From an uncultured virus (IMG/VR IMGVR_UViG_3300006752_000020) (taxonomy: Duplodnaviria > Heunggongvirae > Uroviricota > Caudoviricetes), in the IMG/VR virus record IMGVR_UViG_3300006752_000020: a stretch of DNA of 64,000 nt. One strand, 5' to 3'. Both the position numbers and the translations under genes were made by a program. Within the stretch, counting starts at the first letter, position 1, and every line of letters begins with the position of its first letter. Shown here one piece after another: positions 20,201 to 32,200 of this stretch. The notes under the pieces were generated by a model, which was not told the origin of the DNA, did not search any database, and worked only from the letters and a program-made list of their open reading frames with translations.

Positions 20201-21600
20201 GTTGTGTATGTTTGAACATCATACAAATACAGATCAAACTCTGTAGATGCATTTTCATATTTTTGATCTCTTAATCCAAAATTATATACCTTAGCATCAC
20301 CAACTTTTACTGATGTTCCAGGGACATTAGCAGTAGCATTAATATTTGGACCACTAAACAGATCAATTCTGTTTGTAAATGTAGTGATACCAGTTACATT
20401 ATTTACAACGAACTTATTTCCCATTTCAAATGGGAACGCTTTACCTTTTACTTCTTGAGTTTCTCTTGGTTTGAAGAAGTCAATAGTTGTCGGGCCATCA
20501 GTGGATACCTCATATCCTTTTACATATGCCTTACCTGCACTAACTTTTAAGCAAGCAAGATCCTCATCCGGTTCATTGCCATCAAGAGTTGTCTGATCTG
20601 AAAAGTATACTCCATTATTACCTTGTCTATCATTAAGACATTCGGTAACATTTAGTAGAAACTTATTGACTGTGTAGTCACCAGACTCGTCAAAAGTTCT
20701 TGATGCAAGGTAATCTCTGATCTTAGAATATTCTGTCTCTCTTTTAATTTGTAGTACTTCGCCGTTATTGATACGAAGAATCTCTACAAAGTCAGTATCA
20801 TTAAAGTCTGTCAGATTCTTCTTATCAAGTACTAAAGTGTACTTAAGTCTATCAGCACCAGGAGCAGCAAAATTAGAAAAACCCTTAGCATTATCATAGA
20901 GACTTTCATCTGATTTAGCAGAAACTGTAGTTTCGACTACTTTAAGTCCAACTCTATAAGAAGGTTGTGAACTATATTGGTCTAAAACAATTGTTTGCTT
21001 ATCTACTCGTACAAAATTTCCTCTAAGAAAGAAAATTCCATTATCAATAGAAGCTGAAGATCCGATAGTGCATGCATTTAAATCAATAGTAGATCCAAAA
21101 GTACCGCCAACATTAATAGTTGTGCCACCATAAGTAAATGACTCTTCTGCAACTAAAACTTCCCCATCGTTGAAGAAATTAAAATCTCCAGTAACGGCAG
21201 AATTGATATATTTTACGAAGAAAGTGTCGAAATCATTATCAGATTGAGATGCACTAATGAAATTGATTACTTTTGCAGTAACCCCAGTAGTCTGTCCCTT
21301 AATCCTCTTACCAATAACCTTATCGGCATATACTCCGATATCAACACCAAGGTGAGTTGGATTTACTTGAACTGCGTAGTATTGTCCATCAAATGTGACG
21401 GATCCAGGAATAACTATGGATCCTTCTTTGAAGATGTGGCTACCGAATTTTTCTACTTGATTTTGTAGAATAGATTGTAAGGTAGTAAGCTCTCTGGCTT
21501 GTACCGGAAATCCTGGTTTGAACAAAACCCGATGATATCCCTTTTCAGGATCAAAATCATCGTAGTACGGACTTATATTGAGGTTAGTCTGTTGTGGCAT
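14278..21600 (-). CDS. large baseplate/tail-associated structural protein (VrlC/DUF4815-like)
   Basis: PYYDDF...RVLFKPGFPVQARELTTLQSILQNQ, APGADR, RTFDESGDY, RYTMRDIG, RFKSGFFVDNF, DPLAQT, GSLFKSQN. Confidence 0.88.
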   Translation of the reverse strand: MPQQTNLNISPYYDDFDPEKGYHRVLFKPGFPVQARELTTLQSILQNQVEKFGSHIFKEGSIVIPGSVTFDGQYYAVQVNPTHLGVDIGVYADKVIGKRIKGQTTGVTAKVINFISASQSDNDFDTFFVKYINSAVTGDFNFFNDGEVLVAEESFTYGGTTINVGGTFGSTIDLNACTIGSSASIDNGIFFLRGNFVRVDKQTIVLDQYSSQPSYRVGLKVVETTVSAKSDESLYDNAKGFSNFAAPGADRLKYTLVLDKKNLTDFNDTDFVEILRINNGEVLQIKRETEYSKIRDYLASRTFDESGDYTVNKFLLNVTECLNDRQGNNGVYFSDQTTLDGNEPDEDLACLKVSAGKAYVKGYEVSTDGPTTIDFFKPRETQEVKGKAFPFEMGNKFVVNNVTGITTFTNRIDLFSGPNINATANVPGTSVKVGDAKVYNFGLRDQKYENASTEFDLYLYDVQTYTTLKLSDNVSSTELIKSAFIVGKESGANAFAVSAGAGSSTIQVTQTSGSFRRGETILVNGTDELPRTIEEVTAYGINDVFSFAQSGNSFVANKKLTDRIPPRLGTGEISMVKAGATATVTAPRIDSFQRFKPGDIIRYTRKIGSVETQVENVVVTIAADLQSMTVGAMTTVSNLYDGSVATFTGQIKIGQQDNSTENASLITVIPDLNVSNVDFTGSSLFLSAQVQNESTNALGQLVLPISSVDLDDASFAAFDEERYQAQYSNGTIAVIQEDQVTVSPTQLTITGLDASQTGMTVNVTVTKANIKNKVKEFKRCQQVSVTRSSNRSSGSDPATSVNDGLNHSELYGLRVQDRDISLHEPDSTDIVAIYESLDTSAPILDKLVFVSTDDVFTSAIIGENISGTTSKAIAKVVSIDAASNEISIVYLTGDKFSVLEPLVFEESNTTAVLQAFVPGKYRDITSSYLLDKGQRDQYYDYSRVVRNRGAYVPHRQLLIIHNRYDVPSGDTGDVFTVNSYDEERYKNDIPQIGPRRIEAQDVLDFRPRVPTYNPASASESPFFYTSRDFVGKPDRILTPNESMTFDYDFYLPRIDKLVLLPDGNFDLLKGKAARQPIPPVVSGPGMEIGTILLPAYLKDVEEARVYLKDNRRYTMRDIGDLADRVENLEVVTSLNLLEKSAESLQIRDAQGLTRFKSGFFVDNFKTFDFMHPSSPAEIDRDLGELRPLREFESSALQVAAKSDLPVSQIDYSTNFLLLDDGNTQKTGNLLSLKYEEVEYIKQEFATRVNNINPFHVVAYTGELKLNPSIDNWINTRETQNTIRNTIGITVFNNQVAANFSLTRGGALGGSASVTTRETGRTVQRDDIRSENTFIAEETFDPFCRSRNIEFNAIGLKPFTNFYPFFDNQGGVDIIPKLLEVSNVSGSFQIGETIRGTIGATAFEFRLAAPNHKIGPFNAPTTTYTVNPYDPSSTLPNGYSQASTVLNIDVTSLAAQAQGAFFGFAPTGMVIRGLTSGAQASVAGVRLVSDDFGDLFGSIFLRDPNQTPTPQVRIRSGNRDFRLTSSQSNANPAPGSTLISHATTRYTATGTTRVVQTDIRITTLETTTITNLSTIDIRGTIPNPPPPPPPVIINNTRVIDRTRTVIRNRTRVINRTRVVRVRRRDPLAQTIVTGPEGAWITSLDLFFATKNAGTTPVRIEIRTVELGTPTLFVIDRAAQATIRPSDITTSADGSVATNVRFDTPFYLDPDESYAIVILSDSDEYEVYCGEMGQKALNAQSLPSAKGKIYSQQFAMGSLFKSQNGATWTPTQFEDLTFTLYRANYTSEQGLLTFFNPPVEPNNGFLPPLSFDPIIGIPKKGKLGIVTTTNAGLIGTVFTAGRKISEQTSTYRYGYIEDKGGPVTGVVGILTGGSNYGTPTNPITTYNINGNGEGLTLNTTIGAGISAVTAVTVAASGRGYKVGDVIGLTTADVGGSGSGVRIGINSINGIDTLYLTDVQAETFDTSAGNEATYSHTSGSIIATGLDITSFNATGSVYTGEYFKVSHRNHGMHSPLNKVILSDVQSDVIPTELSVNLASNETSISVASTTQFSTFEGAVVSAANTGYAFINSEIISYTTVGVSSLGGVVRGVDDSNALNHLKDDIVNKYEYNGVSLRKINTEHDVQTILRGIDEYYLKVDRGSSRSVDDNSNNIPQVSFQEEAAGGGQQVHASKNIQFDAVRPLLDASTFGPTDFISLQMRSVTGTSPDGSETSFLDQGFEDLNLNRNNILETTRLLAARTNESARLGSLPRNKSFTFTVELANSGDKFNSPTVNLEGANALFYENRLNNPVLDYRTDPRVKSRFNDPHASYYMSQPIYTKNPATSIKLIFEARRPIECEFRALYSIMKTDSSEVTPDFELFPGFRNLLDTDGDGIGDQVIDPTQNDGMSDSFVGADETQYREYTYSVDDLPSFNGLQIKIVFTGTNQAKHPVIKNLRVIAVA

Positions 21601-21604
21601 CTTC

Positions 21605-23179
21605 TTAGAATTCTAAAACGATTTTGATGTCTTCTTTTTGACGCTCATTTCTTGTAATAGATGGTCTATTATCAAGATAAAGTATCTCACCAGTCCTTTT
21701 ATTTATTTCCTCTGCAGCAAGACCATTAGTAAACTGCACTCCCAAATCAATAACCTTACCAGAAGGAGTAGTTGTTGAGATACCGGTAAATCCAGAATCG
21801 ATGTTTACGCTGAAACCACTTGGTCCAGTAACAGCGTTTCCAGAAGAACTGAATTCTAAAACATCGGCATCTCCACCAACACCGATACTATCAGTAGAAT
21901 CGTAAAGATTTGGATTCAAATACAAGTTCCTATCTTGGAAATACTTAATGACTCTTGTGCTAGTGTCATAGGAAGCTACATATCCCTTTGCAGTTCCAAC
22001 TCCCGAAATATCCTGTTGAATCTTAGATCCAATAGCAAGGGTTTGTACTGTATTACCAGTAAATTTTAAGGACTTTGTGGAGGAGTATTCTGAAGTGTTA
22101 ATAACCGCAGTAGATCCGGCACCTGCGGAAATTGGATTTTTAATAACACCAATTTGAGCAAATGTAGTGTCAGAAATAAAGTCGTATGAAGAGTTATCAA
22201 ATCTAGAATAAATTAGAACTTTATCAGTTCCTAACTCTTTGTATAAATCAAATCCATGCCCTCTTGATGGAGGAATGATTGGGGTAAGTCTTGCAAACTT
22301 AGTTGCAGAACTATTGATCGAAGAAAGATTAACTCTTCCAAAACTGTAACCCTGTCCTCCTGCAGTTACAACTGCAGAAATAATTTGACCATTAGTGTTT
22401 GTTTGGACCCTAACCTTACCACCAGTACCATCACCTAAAACATCTAATTCTACTGGAGATGATAAGAACGAATATCCTTCACCTTGCTCATCGATAGAAA
22501 CAACCTTAATTTGATTGTTGTTAATCGAAGAATCGCCGTTGTCTCTAACAACTTTAATTTCATTCTCAGAGCTAGTAGTCCATTGGTTAGGAACTGCTAC
22601 ATATTCGGTTGAGTCGAATTTGACAATATCTGCAGGAGGAACAGTAAATAGATACTTCCATAGATATCCGTCACCACTCGTTCCAGCTGCGGATGGTTCT
22701 AGGTCAGTAAATGTTGGTTCATCTAGAGAAGCATTTGCTGAAGATGTAATCCCAGCAGAACCATTGTTAATACAAATATAGACTCTAAAGTCTTTATTCA
22801 TAATGTAATAGTTTGCAGAATAAAGTCTGCTGGAGTTTGATACTAATGATCGGTTATTAGTATCATAATCATGTCGATACATATCATATGATGTACCTTT
22901 TGTCCACTGAATTTTGCGAATAAGTCTTCTTACATCGGCAGGTAATACCTTCCGACCAAAAAGCATCGTATCGTAGACATGATTAATATAGCTAATATTA
23001 TCAATAGGTGACGGTGGTTGTACCGTTGTACTATTCCAGGTACTAGTTCTCCCATAACCCGTGATAGTTGGGTTTGCGAGACTCAAAAAAGTAAAGTACG
23101 AGTTAGTACCGTCAATTACAGAGTCTACAAAGTTATTTGCATTAATGACCCTAAACTGGTCGGTGATAATGGCTGCCAT
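21605..23179 (-). CDS. gp8: baseplate wedge subunit (T4 gp8-like)
   Basis: MAAIITDQFR, YDMYRHDY, VYICINN, DGYLWKYLFT, GEILYLDNR...QKEDIKIVLEF. Confidence 0.9.
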   Translation of the reverse strand: MAAIITDQFRVINANNFVDSVIDGTNSYFTFLSLANPTITGYGRTSTWNSTTVQPPSPIDNISYINHVYDTMLFGRKVLPADVRRLIRKIQWTKGTSYDMYRHDYDTNNRSLVSNSSRLYSANYYIMNKDFRVYICINNGSAGITSSANASLDEPTFTDLEPSAAGTSGDGYLWKYLFTVPPADIVKFDSTEYVAVPNQWTTSSENEIKVVRDNGDSSINNNQIKVVSIDEQGEGYSFLSSPVELDVLGDGTGGKVRVQTNTNGQIISAVVTAGGQGYSFGRVNLSSINSSATKFARLTPIIPPSRGHGFDLYKELGTDKVLIYSRFDNSSYDFISDTTFAQIGVIKNPISAGAGSTAVINTSEYSSTKSLKFTGNTVQTLAIGSKIQQDISGVGTAKGYVASYDTSTRVIKYFQDRNLYLNPNLYDSTDSIGVGGDADVLEFSSSGNAVTGPSGFSVNIDSGFTGISTTTPSGKVIDLGVQFTNGLAAEEINKRTGEILYLDNRPSITRNERQKEDIKIVLEF

Positions 23180-23212
23180 TATTATGAACGGGCGGAAGGT
23201 CTAACTTTTTTG

Positions 23213-23220
23213 TATTTATA
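23213..23220 (-). promoter_or_regulatory. T4 late promoter TATAAATA
   Basis: Exact T4 late consensus 34 nt upstream of the gp8 start. Confidence 0.75.
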
Positions 23221-26200
23221 AGATCTTAGGCAATCCTCCAGTTCCTCTCAATCCAGCTCCACGCCTTTGTACAATAGGATAGTTGGTTAGCTGTGGGTCA
23301 AAAGTAAGACCCTTGATGTCAGCATAAACTGCATTCGTAGCGTCTCTAGTGACATTACTAAACTTACCCCATGTGAATTCGCAGTAAGGTCCAGCAGTAG
23401 AACCAACACCTACAAAATCACTAGTATCTGTATAAGAAGCAATGTTACAAGTAAGAACACCCACGCGACCACCGTTTCTTGTAGATACCGCATGCACATA
23501 ATAAATGTTATCACCATTGAATGTACTGATACCGACAATATCAGTATCATGAGTGTCAATAGATGTAACAGCAGCACCTGCTGTGTTAATTCCAGATCCG
23601 TACAACTTAATTGGTTGTCCAACTAGTAAACCAGCAGTACTATTGCCATCATTTACATAGTCCTGAGCATCAAATTGAATTTGAAGAGCCAAGTCAGTAC
23701 CAATACCAGGACAAGTTCCGATTCCAGTCACAACACCAACAAATCCCTGAACATTTGCAACTAGTGGTTCGATACCAGTAATATTTTCATAGTTGCTACC
23801 ATAAACGGCTGTTGTTCCAAATCCGACTGGTGCAATATATGCAAGACTAAACGATCCTGTTAGTAGATCATCGGTATCTCTAAACAAAGCCGTAGTATCG
23901 GTGAATATAAAGGAATCAGTTGTGCTAACAACACCAATTACACTTGCAATTGGATTAATCTGTGCCTCAAGAGAATCTCTTGCTTTAGATACCAAAGATC
24001 CATCAATCAGAATGTCTTTTTTCTGCTTAATCCAATCCATTGGTTTGTAGTTATCATTACTAATACCTACACCTCTATAGAATGCTGTTTCTACTGTAGC
24101 GGCACTATCAACTCTCTTAACAATTCTATTGGCACTCTGAGCAAGATTTTCGGTGCTTTGATCAACTTGATTCAATTCAATTTGACTACTCTTTTGAAGT
24201 CTCAAGTTGTCACCAACCTTAATAACTTCATTTACATCGAATAAGAAACTATCTTGTCCAATTGTTCCTCTGTAGAAGAAAATAACAACATTATCTTCGG
24301 TAGTAGGAGCACTATTAAATTCAATAACAGAACCGCCGTCAAATGTATAGTTGATACCTGGTTCTTGAATAACACCGTTAATAAAGATCAAAAGAACTGC
24401 AGAAAGATCAATTTCTTTAGAATCTTGATCTCCTCTATCAATTTCAAAACTGACTAGTGATGACTGATAGTAAAGAAGGAATCTCTTTTGATTTCCATCT
24501 TGGAATGGTTGTATATTATCAAGATAATCGATATTACCAAACTGCCAAGAAGATACTTGATCAGTGAATACATCGACAACTTCAATTTCAAACTGTCTAA
24601 AGTCATCACCTGCGAAAGGATCTGTAGAAAGTCCAGTTACTGTAAAGGTATCTCCCCTCTTAAATCCATATCCTTTTTTGGAGAACTGGAAATTAGATAT
24701 TTGGTAATATGTAGATCCAATACCAGTAGCTGTAGATACCCCTGCAATGTCAATAGATACGGAACAACCAACACCAGTTATAGTTGTATTTCCAAGACCA
24801 ATTCTAGTAACACCAACAATTGGGAGGTTTTCTCCGTTAGGTTCTGGAGGAAGGATAAGTCCGTTATCTTCAGTATAATTTGTGCCAGGTCCAACGACAT
24901 TGAATACGAGAGATCCACCAGCACCTACAACAGCAGTAATAGTTGCTCCAGTTCCTGTAGGAGAAGTTATGGCAATACCAATTGTACCCAGATTGGTATT
25001 ATATCCACTACCAAAAGTCAATGGATGGAATTCTGCAGCAGTACCACCACTTACATAAGCATGTGGGATAGTAGATGCACCAACTTGTACCTTGAAGGTT
25101 GTTGCGGAAATAATACCAACAACATAGAAAGGATCATTATGATCTGGGAAAATATTAGTCGTAACGCCAGCATGAGCTGCACCACAAGTGAACGCAAGAC
25201 CAGACAACTTGACCTGATTCTGGAGTACCAGACCATGAGCAGTTGCTGTAGTAACTGTCATGATACCAGTCTTACTAGTATAAGATGCAGTGCTGATGTT
25301 AACTGCTGTTCCTGATGTAGAAACTCCAGTAACATTAGTAATTGTTCCGCCAGTACCAACCTCAAGACGAACAGCTGCTCCATTGAATGGTGCATATCCC
25401 ATTCCGGGAGTAGATGCTACAGAAACAATGATGCCACCTCTTGGGAGTTGGTTTTGATTAATATCATCTTCATCAATAATTAAATCTGTGAATCCAACGG
25501 ATGTAATACCACTAAACTGAACACTAGCAGCGGTAGAAACAGGATCTTCAAGAATTTTAAAGTTAGAAACACCTTCGTTATTTTTACCAAATGGTGCTTG
25601 GAAAATACCGTTAATAAACAGAACACCGTTACCACCTGTAGAACCAATACCTGTTACAGCTGCACCGGTTGCGGATAAGTTGAAGGTATTTTGAAGACCA
25701 TCAAATTGGTCTGAGAAATCATCAAACAATTCGTTAGTTTCATAATCATCTCTCAGATATGTTCTACCACCAAAGGATGCTCTAGGATAAGGAAGGTTGG
25801 CAGGGTTGATAATTCCTAAGTCACCACCAAGAGGAGCTTCTGTAAAGTGAATTTGACTATTAAGGATTTGGAAAGAACCTCTATGAATTCTTGCTACACT
25901 GCCTGCAGCATGATCAGTTTTAGCTGATCCAACTGCTCCTCTTTCAATTTCAACAATACTCCAAGTACCAATACCGGTAATAGGACCTTGAGGTTGAGTA
26001 GCAAATCCAACAGTTCTTACAATTGAATATTCATCTTCAATTTTTAGTAAATCTCCAGAAGTAACGGTACTCAGTCCACTAAGAGCAAACGATGTGACAA
26101 TACCATTTACTGCAACATCAAGATCATAAATGATTGAAGTGAAAGAAATTGGTTTTTGAACGATACCGTTAAGAGCGATGACTGATTTTTCATCTCTCTT

Positions 26201-29200
26201 ATTCATTGTAAATCTGTGCTTATTGCCAGCAGATGTTCCAGGTTGGAATGTTACGGCAATACCCTGTCTAGCATCGGTAATATTAGTAGAGATGAAGAAC
26301 TGACTATTGTTATTCTTAACAATAAAGACGGTGGATGGCAATACCGTTGATCCATATCCAGTAACATACTCAAGAGCACTAGCAGCAACACCAATAATAT
26401 TGGAATCTGGTTCATATGTAACTTCTTCGGTATTTGAGAAGAAGTGTTTGAAACTAATTAATCCACTTCCAAAATCAATTTGATTGGGGTTTTGTGGATT
26501 TAAGTCTCTTTCGTAAATGGGGATTCCCTGGTACTTAAGATCAAAAGTCCTAAGATTTCTATTGTTGATACCTAAGTAAGTATTTTGAGTAACATTTTCA
26601 AATACATTTCCATATCCAAATGAACCAATACCCGCAAGAGTACCGTTAGGATCGAGATCTTTGTAAAGAACTTCGTTGTATGAATAGATGCTCACCATTC
26701 CAGATACACCTGCATCTGGATAGAATTCTAGATTTACATTACTCCCGCTAAATTCTGCTCCAAATGTACCTATACCAGTAGTTGTACCAATAGCTGCGAT
26801 TGGTTGTTGAGAAATATAAGTATCTGCTTTTTCTGGATCCGACAGAACATAGATTTGATGTAGTGTCTGAGTTGATCCATAAGAAACATGTACGGTCGAT
26901 TTGAATGATAGATTAGTAAAGCTACTAACACCAACAACCGTAGAGATGCCAGTAGTTGCAGATGTTCCTACAATTACTCTAGCAGTTCTTTCTGTGCCTT
27001 CTGGAGTAAACTCAAGGTTAAGATGTCTGATAGTAGTTGTACCAAGTCCAACATTTTCAAAAGATACAAACTTAGACCTAACTGCAAGTGTAGAACCTTC
27101 TTGATGAACATAGTTGATTTTAACAACACCACTTTCTATAGAAGAGGTGAATGTGCCCATAAACTTAGGACCTGAAAGACCACCAAGACTCTGACGGTTG
27201 TTAAATGAAGCCAATTCAGTCAGGTAGGTGTCTGTACCGTCATGTTGTAATGCTAACTCAATATAATCAATTTTGTTATCAACATTATCGACTACAAGGA
27301 AGTGTCCAATGCCAGCGACATAAGTTGTTGTGCTAAATCCAACAACTTCTGTTGTAGCACCAGAAGAAACAAGAACATTAGCCGAAGAATTTACGACATT
27401 GCCAGTGGCAGTTGATCCAATACCAATATCAGCAGAAAATCCTTGCTGGAATGTTTTAATGTCAAAATTAGTATCAAATGTTTCGTAAGGTTTAATTCTT
27501 ACCTCAGATACATTATCATTACTATTAAAGAAAGCAAAGAACTCTGCATATCCCGTTGACAAACCAACATTATTGGTATTGTTCATATGGGATTTTTGAA
27601 GCAAGAATGTATCGCCGTCAACTGCAACTAAAATAACTTCATTAAGTTGATATTGGTTGTTTAGTGGGTTTTCTGCATTATGAGTCGTTTGGATTAAATA
27701 TCTTGCGAAATTTCTTCCGGCGACAGCAGCTGCAATAGTTCTGTCATCACTTAAATCATTAGATTCGTTACTAACAAATTCTGGACTAATATCATCGTGA
27801 ATTAAAACTCTATTTGTTTTATTAAGAATAAAGTCAGCAAGTCTGGTAGATTTAAGTTCTAGGAATTTAGATACATTGTCGGCAGAGTTAACATCTCTAG
27901 AAAGGTCAAACTTGTATATTGCATCAACTCTTAAAGGATCGCCAATAAAGTCAAGAACAAATCCACCAGCATCATCTGCAGGTTTTGTTGAATCTCCAGC
28001 ATTACCAACAGATAGAATTTGAGTATTGGCAAAGTTCTTCATCCCAGAAGGATGGACAATATCATTTACATAAGTAATGATTTCTTCAAATGTCTTATCA
28101 CTTTCAATAGCATATGACATATTTTGATAATAATCATTATCCGGCAGGAATTGGTTACTATCTCCAATTAATCCAATATTATCCGACCACCCAACATTTG
28201 CATCGATTGTAGAATCAATGTCATAATATCCATCGAATATTGTAACTATATCAACTTCTGCCCGGTCTCCACTATTCGTACCTACGAGTAGATCATCCGG
28301 CTCTAAAGGTCTAGACCCTTCAATGACCATAATTCCAGTATTAACATCGATAGATCTTAAAATCAGATCATTTTGTAAATCATTATTTCTTCTTAATGGT
28401 TCGTTTTTAGAAAAAGGTGAGAAGGCTTTATCGCAACTAAATTGTGCTAAGTTTTCTGCCTTTACAATTTGTCCAAAACCAGGAATAACAGTTGCGCCAG
28501 TACCAACATTTGTTGTAAATCCAGCGTACTTGAATGATACTTCTCTTGGGTTTACGGCAGAGTTATAGTCATCAATTACAAAGTTTGTAAATTTGTAATC
28601 TCCAGAGTTAAATCCATCGCCATCACCATTGAATTGAATACCTTCAACGAATACCACTTCTCCAATTACAAAGGGTTCGTTTACATACCCAAGAATAGGT
28701 GTAGTAATTTTACATGTAACTACACCAACATCCGAGAAAGCTTCGATGATTGAAATTCCATTACTATTCTGTAATGGTGCAACTCCATAATCGTTTCCTG
28801 ACAAACCCCTGGGTTGTACAACAACTTTTGCTGAGTTAACAGCAGAATCGCTAAGGTCGCATGTAATCAAACCATTATTTACAATCTCTCCGGTTGACTT
28901 ATCAAAAAGAGCCAGTGACGGTGCATTTAGATAAGACTTGCCACCAAATGTAACTTGTACATCAATTACTCTATTTGCGTTTTTGACCTTTACCGATCTT
29001 GGTAAGAAAGCATCCGGTTTTAGTGTATTATCCGAAGGATATCCATAAACATCAGTAGGAACAGTTACATTATTCAATTTGTTAATGGAAGGTCCAATTA
29101 AATTTAAGTTTGCACTAATTCCACTAGATCCAATAGAGGTAACTGCTGGAATTGATTGATATCCAAATCCATTGTTGATTATGCGAACTTTTGAAATTCC

Positions 29201-32200
29201 ACCGGTTGCACCAATTGATGTTGTTGTGAAGAAAAGATCTTCGCAATCATCCTGAGAATATCCATCCTTCTCAGCATCAAAAGCTAGAGTTGCAGTAAAT
29301 GTGGTATCTCCTACACCAGTTACGGTATATCTACCATTAAATGAACTGTCAATAAAACTAATTTTAGTGTATCCATTAACCTCGGTATCTGAGGTTGACA
29401 TGTATCCACCCTTTTCAAAACCATAATACAATTCATTTGTAATGGATTTATTGTAATTAATAGTAACTTTAGATACATTACTTGGAGTAGTTGTTCCAAG
29501 TCCAACAGTATTAACCCCAACAACTTCTAGTTGATCGGTAGTTCCTGATCCGACAAATTCATTAAAGAAGTTATTATCGTAAAAGATCTTTAGTTTACCG
29601 CCAAGTAAACTAGGATCATTCATATTGAATACGATATTGTTATTCTTAGTTACTTTAATTGGTGGATTGATTGGATTGATTGATTGTCCAGTAGAACCAA
29701 TTCCAATTAGGTTTACAACTTCGGGAGGATCTAAGAATAATTGTGCTCTAGATTCTGATAATTGAAAAGTATTCTTATCAACTTTTAAAACAAAATATGT
29801 TCTTTGGAATATATTCTCAGGAAGATTTGCCTCATTACCATCAGCACCGTAAGCTAGAATCTTAAATCCACTTTCTAAACCATGATCAGTAAAAGTGAAA
29901 GTATTATCGGAAGTATTGATACCTGTTGTAGGAACCTCAAATGGGTTGAGAATAAGATTCCCATCTAAAAGTTTGACAACAACATCTGAATTAGGTCCAA
30001 GTCCAGTCGTCAGTCCCGGTCTTACGACTAAAGAAACTTTATCATTAATCGAGAGATTGTGCGATTCACTGGTTTGAACGGTCAATTCTCCCCTATCAAT
30101 ATTCGCAGTTTGTTGTGCATAGTTTGTATTGAAGAAGTAATTCCCAATATCATCTCCAGAGTTCGTAAAGAACAACTCTGGGGCATCAGGAGCGGTCTTA
30201 AGTCCAATCGTGTTGGAAGTCTTGCGAACTACATATAGACTTGTTGGAAGAGCACTAGGAGTGGTGTAAGGACTGATTGAGTCTGTAGCCGTCAGAGATG
30301 TGTTTCCATTTCTACTAAATGTTACTAAATCATTAGTTTTTAAACCATGCTGACCAATGTGAATTGATTGTGCAAGAATAGAGCGAGATTTAGTTACTCC
30401 ATTTAAAGATACATTTACTGCTGTAGAAATACCAACAGTAGTTCCAACGCCAACAGACTCTTTGGGATTAAAGTAGTAAAGTTCTTGGAATCTAGAATCA
30501 ACTGGTGTAGTCTCTGTAAGTGGGAAGTTTAATTCACTTGTAAAGTAAGTAACCGCAACTCCTGCAGATGCTGTAGCAAATCCAGCATATCTTTCTACTC
30601 TAAGAATTTTTTCTGTTGGGAATGCATTAATAACTCGTAATGTTTCTGTTCCAATTCCAATAGAATCTCCCGCAGAAACATTTGATGGAACTCGATTAAC
30701 TTTTAAATCAGTAACAATGCCAGAATACCCATCCTGCTCAAGAAATGTGAAGTATGTTGGTGTTGTAATCTTATGAAAATCTTCAATTCCTTGTACATAA
30801 GTGGAAACACCACTAATTCTCACAAAATCATTTTCGCTAAACTCATGATACGGAGAAACTCTGAAAGATACTGATTCTCTTCCTACTTTAAATGGTACAT
30901 TTGTAAAGCTAACTTGCTCACTACTTACTTCATTAATATGAACTCCATAAATTTCTTGAACTTCTGCTGAAGCGCCTCCACCATTAGTTCCAGTATCATC
31001 AAAAACTACAGTATCTAAAACGCTATAACCTGATCCTGGAAAATCAACTTCGATCGAAGTAATCGATCCTACACCGAGGTTATCTGGCGTTGATTCTTGG
31101 TTATTAGTTTTGTATGGTTGGAAGACATAATCATATGCTTTGCCGTCACCAAAAATATTATATGGGAAGGTATTTCTAACTAATTTAGAGTTTTCAAAAT
31201 CAAAGTTAGTTTGATCAATAACTAAACCTCTGATAGTATTTTCTGGAATAGCAAAACTACGGAAAGTATCTCCAATAAAATATGGAAATACTGGTGTATT
31301 GATATTATCTACAGTTGCAAAGTATGCGTAGACGCCGAGTGGAAAATCAGGAGTTTTGGTAAATTTTCCGTTATGCTCGTCAAGATCTCCAGATCCCTGA
31401 TAAGCATAATCAGCAATTAAAGATCCATATGGAAAACTAGATGTGGGAGGTCTATTGATAATTTTATTAGCATCAATTTCATAGCTAGACAATTGCCTCT
31501 TAACATCGGATTGGATATTATCCGAATCTTTTAATCCATAAGGTCCATAAATTGGATTGCCGTCATATGCCCACCCAATAATAGGTGAGTGACTAGATCC
31601 ATCATCTCCGAAGAAATTTCTAATCGTATTTCCATAACCGATATAATTTACAGCAACACCTACACCATAAGGTGCAAGGTAGTCTAATTCGTCTGGATCG
31701 AGTCCAAAAGACTTATTAATAACTAATGGTCTTAATGCAGCTTCAAGTCTTAGGTTTGTTCCTACTGGTTGAATATTGATAGTTGTAGTAGAAGAAGCAT
31801 ATCCAACTCCACCAGAAATAACTTTTACTTCTGTGATACTTCCATTGTCGTTTACAATTGCTCTAAGAATTGCTCCATTTGCCTCTGAACTGGCACTAGA
31901 GACTTGAATCTCTGGGGGACCAGAATAACCAGATCCACCAGCCTGAACAAATGCACTAATAATTCTACCATTAGAAAAAATTAATCCAATCTGTCCTAAA
32001 GAACCTCTGTTAACAGAAATTTTTGGAGGATTCTGGAAATTAATAATAGTGGATCCATAATTTGACCCTCTTTCATATAAAACAGCATCAACGATTTCAC
32101 CCCGAACAATTGGAGTTGCTACAAGCTCTTGTTCCGTCTGATCTTCCGTTAGTACTTTTACAGTACATTCAATTGGAGGATACGAAAATTTTTGATATCC

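Noticed and set aside
24488..25315. 275-aa + strand ORF inside gp7
   Set aside because: Ser/Asn/Cys-rich antisense shadow of biased gp7 codons, with no motif or start signals. The same applies to the many + strand ORFs within 6564-13346 and 54741-62729.
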